Source: Rickettsia helvetica (lineage in GTDB: Bacteria; Pseudomonadota; Alphaproteobacteria; Rickettsiales; Rickettsiaceae). Taken from it: DNA of 32,000 nt. Positions 29,469-32,000 of the stretch are shown here, in pieces (position 1 is the stretch's first letter; every line of letters starts with the position of its first letter). Under the pieces are notes generated by a model. The model was not told where the DNA came from, searched no databases, and saw only the letters and a program-made list of their open reading frames with translations. Position numbers and translations under genes: made by a program. The stretch is taken from assembly GCF_963970025.1 (NCBI RefSeq), contig NZ_OZ018776.1:58110-90109 (forward strand). Reading direction: 5' to 3'.

Positions 29469-30041
29469 TTACTCAAAATCTTCCTCTACAGCTTCAACTT
29501 CTTGCACTTCCGGTACAAAATGTTTAAGCATGGACTCAATGCCGTTTTTTAAGGTAATAATGGAACTAGGACATCCAAGGCATGCACCACGAAGTGCTAA
29601 TTTAACTATACCGTTTTCAAAGCCTTTATATATTATATCACCGCCGTCTTGTGCAACAGATGGACGCACCCTAGTTTCAATAATCTCTATGATTTGCTTC
29701 TCTATTTCCGAAAGCCCGTCAAAACTATGATTTACATTATCTGCTTTGGTGTTTTCTTCAAATACAGGAAATCCTGAAACAAAATGATCCATAATAACCA
29801 TTAAAATTTCAGGCTTTATAACTTGCCAATTACCTTCAGCTTGTTTAGTTACTGTTATAAAATCACTACCGAAAAATACTGATTTCACATTATTAATATG
29901 AAATAGTGATGCTGCAAGTTTGCTTCTTCCTTTTACTTCAGCAAGCTCACTAAAAAATACCGGCTGATCACTACTTATTTTCTGCCCTGGGAAAAATTTT
30001 ATTGCATCAGGGTTGGGAGTATCTTCAGTTTGAATAAACAT
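29469..30041 (-). CDS. Nfu/NifU-family Fe-S cluster assembly protein
   Basis: 190 aa. The N-terminal Nfu_N-like region starts MFIQTEDTPNPDAIKFFPG. The C-terminal NifU domain carries CLGCPSS (CxxC). Confidence 0.88.
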   Translation of the reverse strand: MFIQTEDTPNPDAIKFFPGQKISSDQPVFFSELAEVKGRSKLAASLFHINNVKSVFFGSDFITVTKQAEGNWQVIKPEILMVIMDHFVSGFPVFEENTKADNVNHSFDGLSEIEKQIIEIIETRVRPSVAQDGGDIIYKGFENGIVKLALRGACLGCPSSIITLKNGIESMLKHFVPEVQEVEAVEEDFE

Positions 30042-30125
30042 AATTAAAGCACATTAATAAATTTTTTAACTATTATAAATTGATAGAGCCATTTTTACAA
30101 TATATTTGTATTTATCTTGGATGTT

Positions 30126-30176
30126 ATTGCATAGATCCATGTCATTTCACTGATCGCAGGAATCTAGAAAAAAGAG
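30126..30176. repeat. RPE family 3 fragment
   Basis: TTATTGCATAGATCCATGTCATTTCACTGATCGCAGGAATCTAGAAAAAAG parallels 6661-6726. Confidence 0.55.
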
Positions 30177-30235
30177 AAGTAATTTAATTTTCCGTACGCA
30201 ACAGCCTAAAAGCTAATAACATTTATGCCTTTTGC

Positions 30236-31528
30236 TCAATGGATTCCTGCTTTCGCAGGAATGACATAAGGCGGTAAATATCTAATTAATATATAAGCCG
30301 GTATAAAACAAAACCCTGCCACAATAAAAAAATAAGTCCAACCTAAATAAGTAGCTGCATAGCCTGAAATACTACCAAACAATATGGTACTAATATAAGC
30401 AATAGAAGTAATTAAAGCAATTTGGGTTATACAATATTTAGAACTACAGCATCTTAATTGGTAAGAAAAAAACGGCGATATAGTTAAGCCCTTGGTAAAT
30501 TCTTGAAAAAAGACCGCTATATACAGACTTGTAATATCTCGATTATAAAAATAGAGAAATAAAAAAGATAGGCTAGATAAAGCATGATATGTTAATGCTT
30601 TTTTAAGCAAATAAGAATATTCATATTTTCGGCACAAAAACCCGCCTATAAAACCTCCAAGGATTGCAGCACACATACCGAAAGCTTTATATCCAAGAGC
30701 TAAATCTTTCTTCGTATACCCGATATCGAGATAAAACATATTTGGCATAATTGAAAGAAAATTATCTTGAAGACGATATAGAAGCATGAAACTAACAATT
30801 ATTAGCCATTTAGGTTTCTTGATAAAGTCATAAAAAGCATGCCAAAATCTATCAAAATCATTAATAATTATCTTATCTTTAAATTTAAGCGGATAGATTA
30901 TAATTAATAGTAATGATGGTATACATAAAATTGCCATAGCACGATAAACATCTCGCCAAAATATGATAGTTGATAAATATAATGCTCCTGAACCTGCTAT
31001 AAGTATACCAATTCTAAAACCTGTAGTACAAGCTGCCTCACTTATGCCCCAATTTTTATTTGTAATCAGTAACATCTGTGATGATTGAAGTAACATATCA
31101 TAAATGGAAGAAAAAAATGCCACAGCTACTAAGCATAAAGCAAATGGTATAAAATGAGTATTAGGGTTAAAATTTGTTAGAACATATATACAAAAAATAC
31201 AACTAACCAAAGCAAGGATTAAACAATATTTATATCCTCGCTTACTTAAAGGAGAAAAACTTACTTTTTCAAGTAAAGGACCCCATAAAAATTTAAATAT
31301 ATGAATAAAATTAACTAAACTAAAAAGCCCGATAGTGATTTTATCAAAACCAGATTCTCGAAGCCAAAAAGAAAGCGTTGAACCGGTAAGTAAATAAATT
31401 AAACCTCCGGGAAAAGAAATTATTAATATAAAGAAAATATTAGATATATATTGAAATCGTGAAAAATTTAAACTTATGAGCTTATTCTCCTTTTTTATAT
31501 TTGTTATCCTAGCTAACTTGATCGTCAT
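30236..31528 (-). CDS. ampG: AmpG-family MFS muropeptide permease
   Basis: Polytopic MFS protein with AmpG-like N-terminal motifs ([26 protein letters not shown]). The ORF track starts at TTG 31555; I prefer the first ATG at 31528 (MTIKLARI...). Both ends of the ORF lie in RPE-derived sequence. Confidence 0.85.
   Translation of the reverse strand: MTIKLARITNIKKENKLISLNFSRFQYISNIFFILIISFPGGLIYLLTGSTLSFWLRESGFDKITIGLFSLVNFIHIFKFLWGPLLEKVSFSPLSKRGYKYCLILALVSCIFCIYVLTNFNPNTHFIPFALCLVAVAFFSSIYDMLLQSSQMLLITNKNWGISEAACTTGFRIGILIAGSGALYLSTIIFWRDVYRAMAILCIPSLLLIIIYPLKFKDKIIINDFDRFWHAFYDFIKKPKWLIIVSFMLLYRLQDNFLSIMPNMFYLDIGYTKKDLALGYKAFGMCAAILGGFIGGFLCRKYEYSYLLKKALTYHALSSLSFLFLYFYNRDITSLYIAVFFQEFTKGLTISPFFSYQLRCCSSKYCITQIALITSIAYISTILFGSISGYAATYLGWTYFFIVAGFCFIPAYILIRYLPPYVIPAKAGIH
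30241..30267. repeat. RPE-derived segment forming the ampG C-terminal tail
   Basis: GGATTCCTGCTTTCGCAGGAATGACAT contains the hairpin TTCCTGC/GCAGGAA. Read on the minus strand it encodes VIPAKAGIH-stop. Confidence 0.7.
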
Positions 31529-31560
31529 CGCGAGCGATCTTTGATCGCGTGGCAATGACG
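31523..31560. repeat. Mini-palindrome (RPE family 2 terminus-like) between rhlE and ampG
   Basis: CGTCATCGCGAGCGATCTTTGATCGCGTGGCAATGACG has outer arms CGTCAT/ATGACG and inner arms GCGATC/GATCGC. It resembles the first about 38 nt of family 2 RPEs. Confidence 0.65.
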
Positions 31561-31570
31561 TAAATCTAAA

Positions 31571-32000
31571 CTACGAGACTTTCTTTCTTTTATTACTGTA
31601 ACTGTTACCATCAAAAGTTTTTTTGTGATTATTATCAAAAGAATTAAACTTTTTACCGTCACCGCCGGCTCTTTTACCGAATGATCTTTTACGGTTATTT
31701 TTATCACTTCTAAACTCACTGCGTGGCGTAGATTCTCCTTTATTTACTAGACGATCAATTGCACGCCATCTAATAACATCATCAGGAGAAATAAAAGACA
31801 ACGCATGTCCGGTAGCCCCTGCTCTACCCGTTCTACCTATTCTATGTAAATAATCTTCAGGACACATAGGTAAATCATAATTAATAACATGCTGTGTATG
31901 AGGAATATCAAGCCCACGAGCCGCTACATCAGTTGCTACCATTATTCTATGGTTTGACTTATGAAATGATAAAATTACTCTTTCACGTTGACGCTGACTT
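31571..32000 (-). CDS. rhlE: DEAD-box ATP-dependent RNA helicase (C-terminal part; 5' end outside window)
   Basis: The frame is open to the window edge (SQRQRERVILSFHKSNHRIMVATDVAARGLDI...). Helicase motifs V and VI (HRIGRTGRAG) are present, with a basic Lys/Arg/Asn-rich tail. The specific RhlE assignment is tentative. Confidence 0.85.
   Translation of the reverse strand, partial: SQRQRERVILSFHKSNHRIMVATDVAARGLDIPHTQHVINYDLPMCPEDYLHRIGRTGRAGATGHALSFISPDDVIRWRAIDRLVNKGESTPRSEFRSDKNNRKRSFGKRAGGDGKKFNSFDNNHKKTFDGNSYSNKRKKVS

Overview
AT-rich chromosomal segment of Rickettsia type (obligate intracellular alphaproteobacterium). This assignment rests on the protein sequences, the tuf-rpsJ junction, and many Rickettsia palindromic elements (RPEs); the species cannot be determined without a search. 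The core (7.2-23.1 kb, all minus strand) reads tRNA-Tyr, tRNA-Gly, tuf, a 230-bp structured spacer, then the S10/spc/alpha ribosomal-protein supercluster (rpsJ to rplQ, including secY, adk and rpoA), then rpsT and tRNA-Val. Other intact genes are an Hda-like fragment, a SpoU/TrmH methyltransferase, fumC, a solitary ftsZ, an Nfu/NifU protein, ampG and the 3' part of a DEAD-box helicase. Both flanks are decaying accessory DNA. They hold two degraded proP paralogues, a frameshifted HD-only spoT-like gene, a dead vapB/vapC pair, a dead ecotin gene, and at least ten RPE copies or fragments of three sequence families. One RPE copy sits between tuf and rpsJ, and RPE-derived sequence supplies both ends of the ampG ORF. 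The most novel candidate is an intact orphan 501-aa protein with a hydrophobic helical hairpin. It is divergently paired with a small acidic helical 77-aa ORF and lies between the two dead proP copies. No CRISPR array, transposase, integrase or recognisable defence system is visible.
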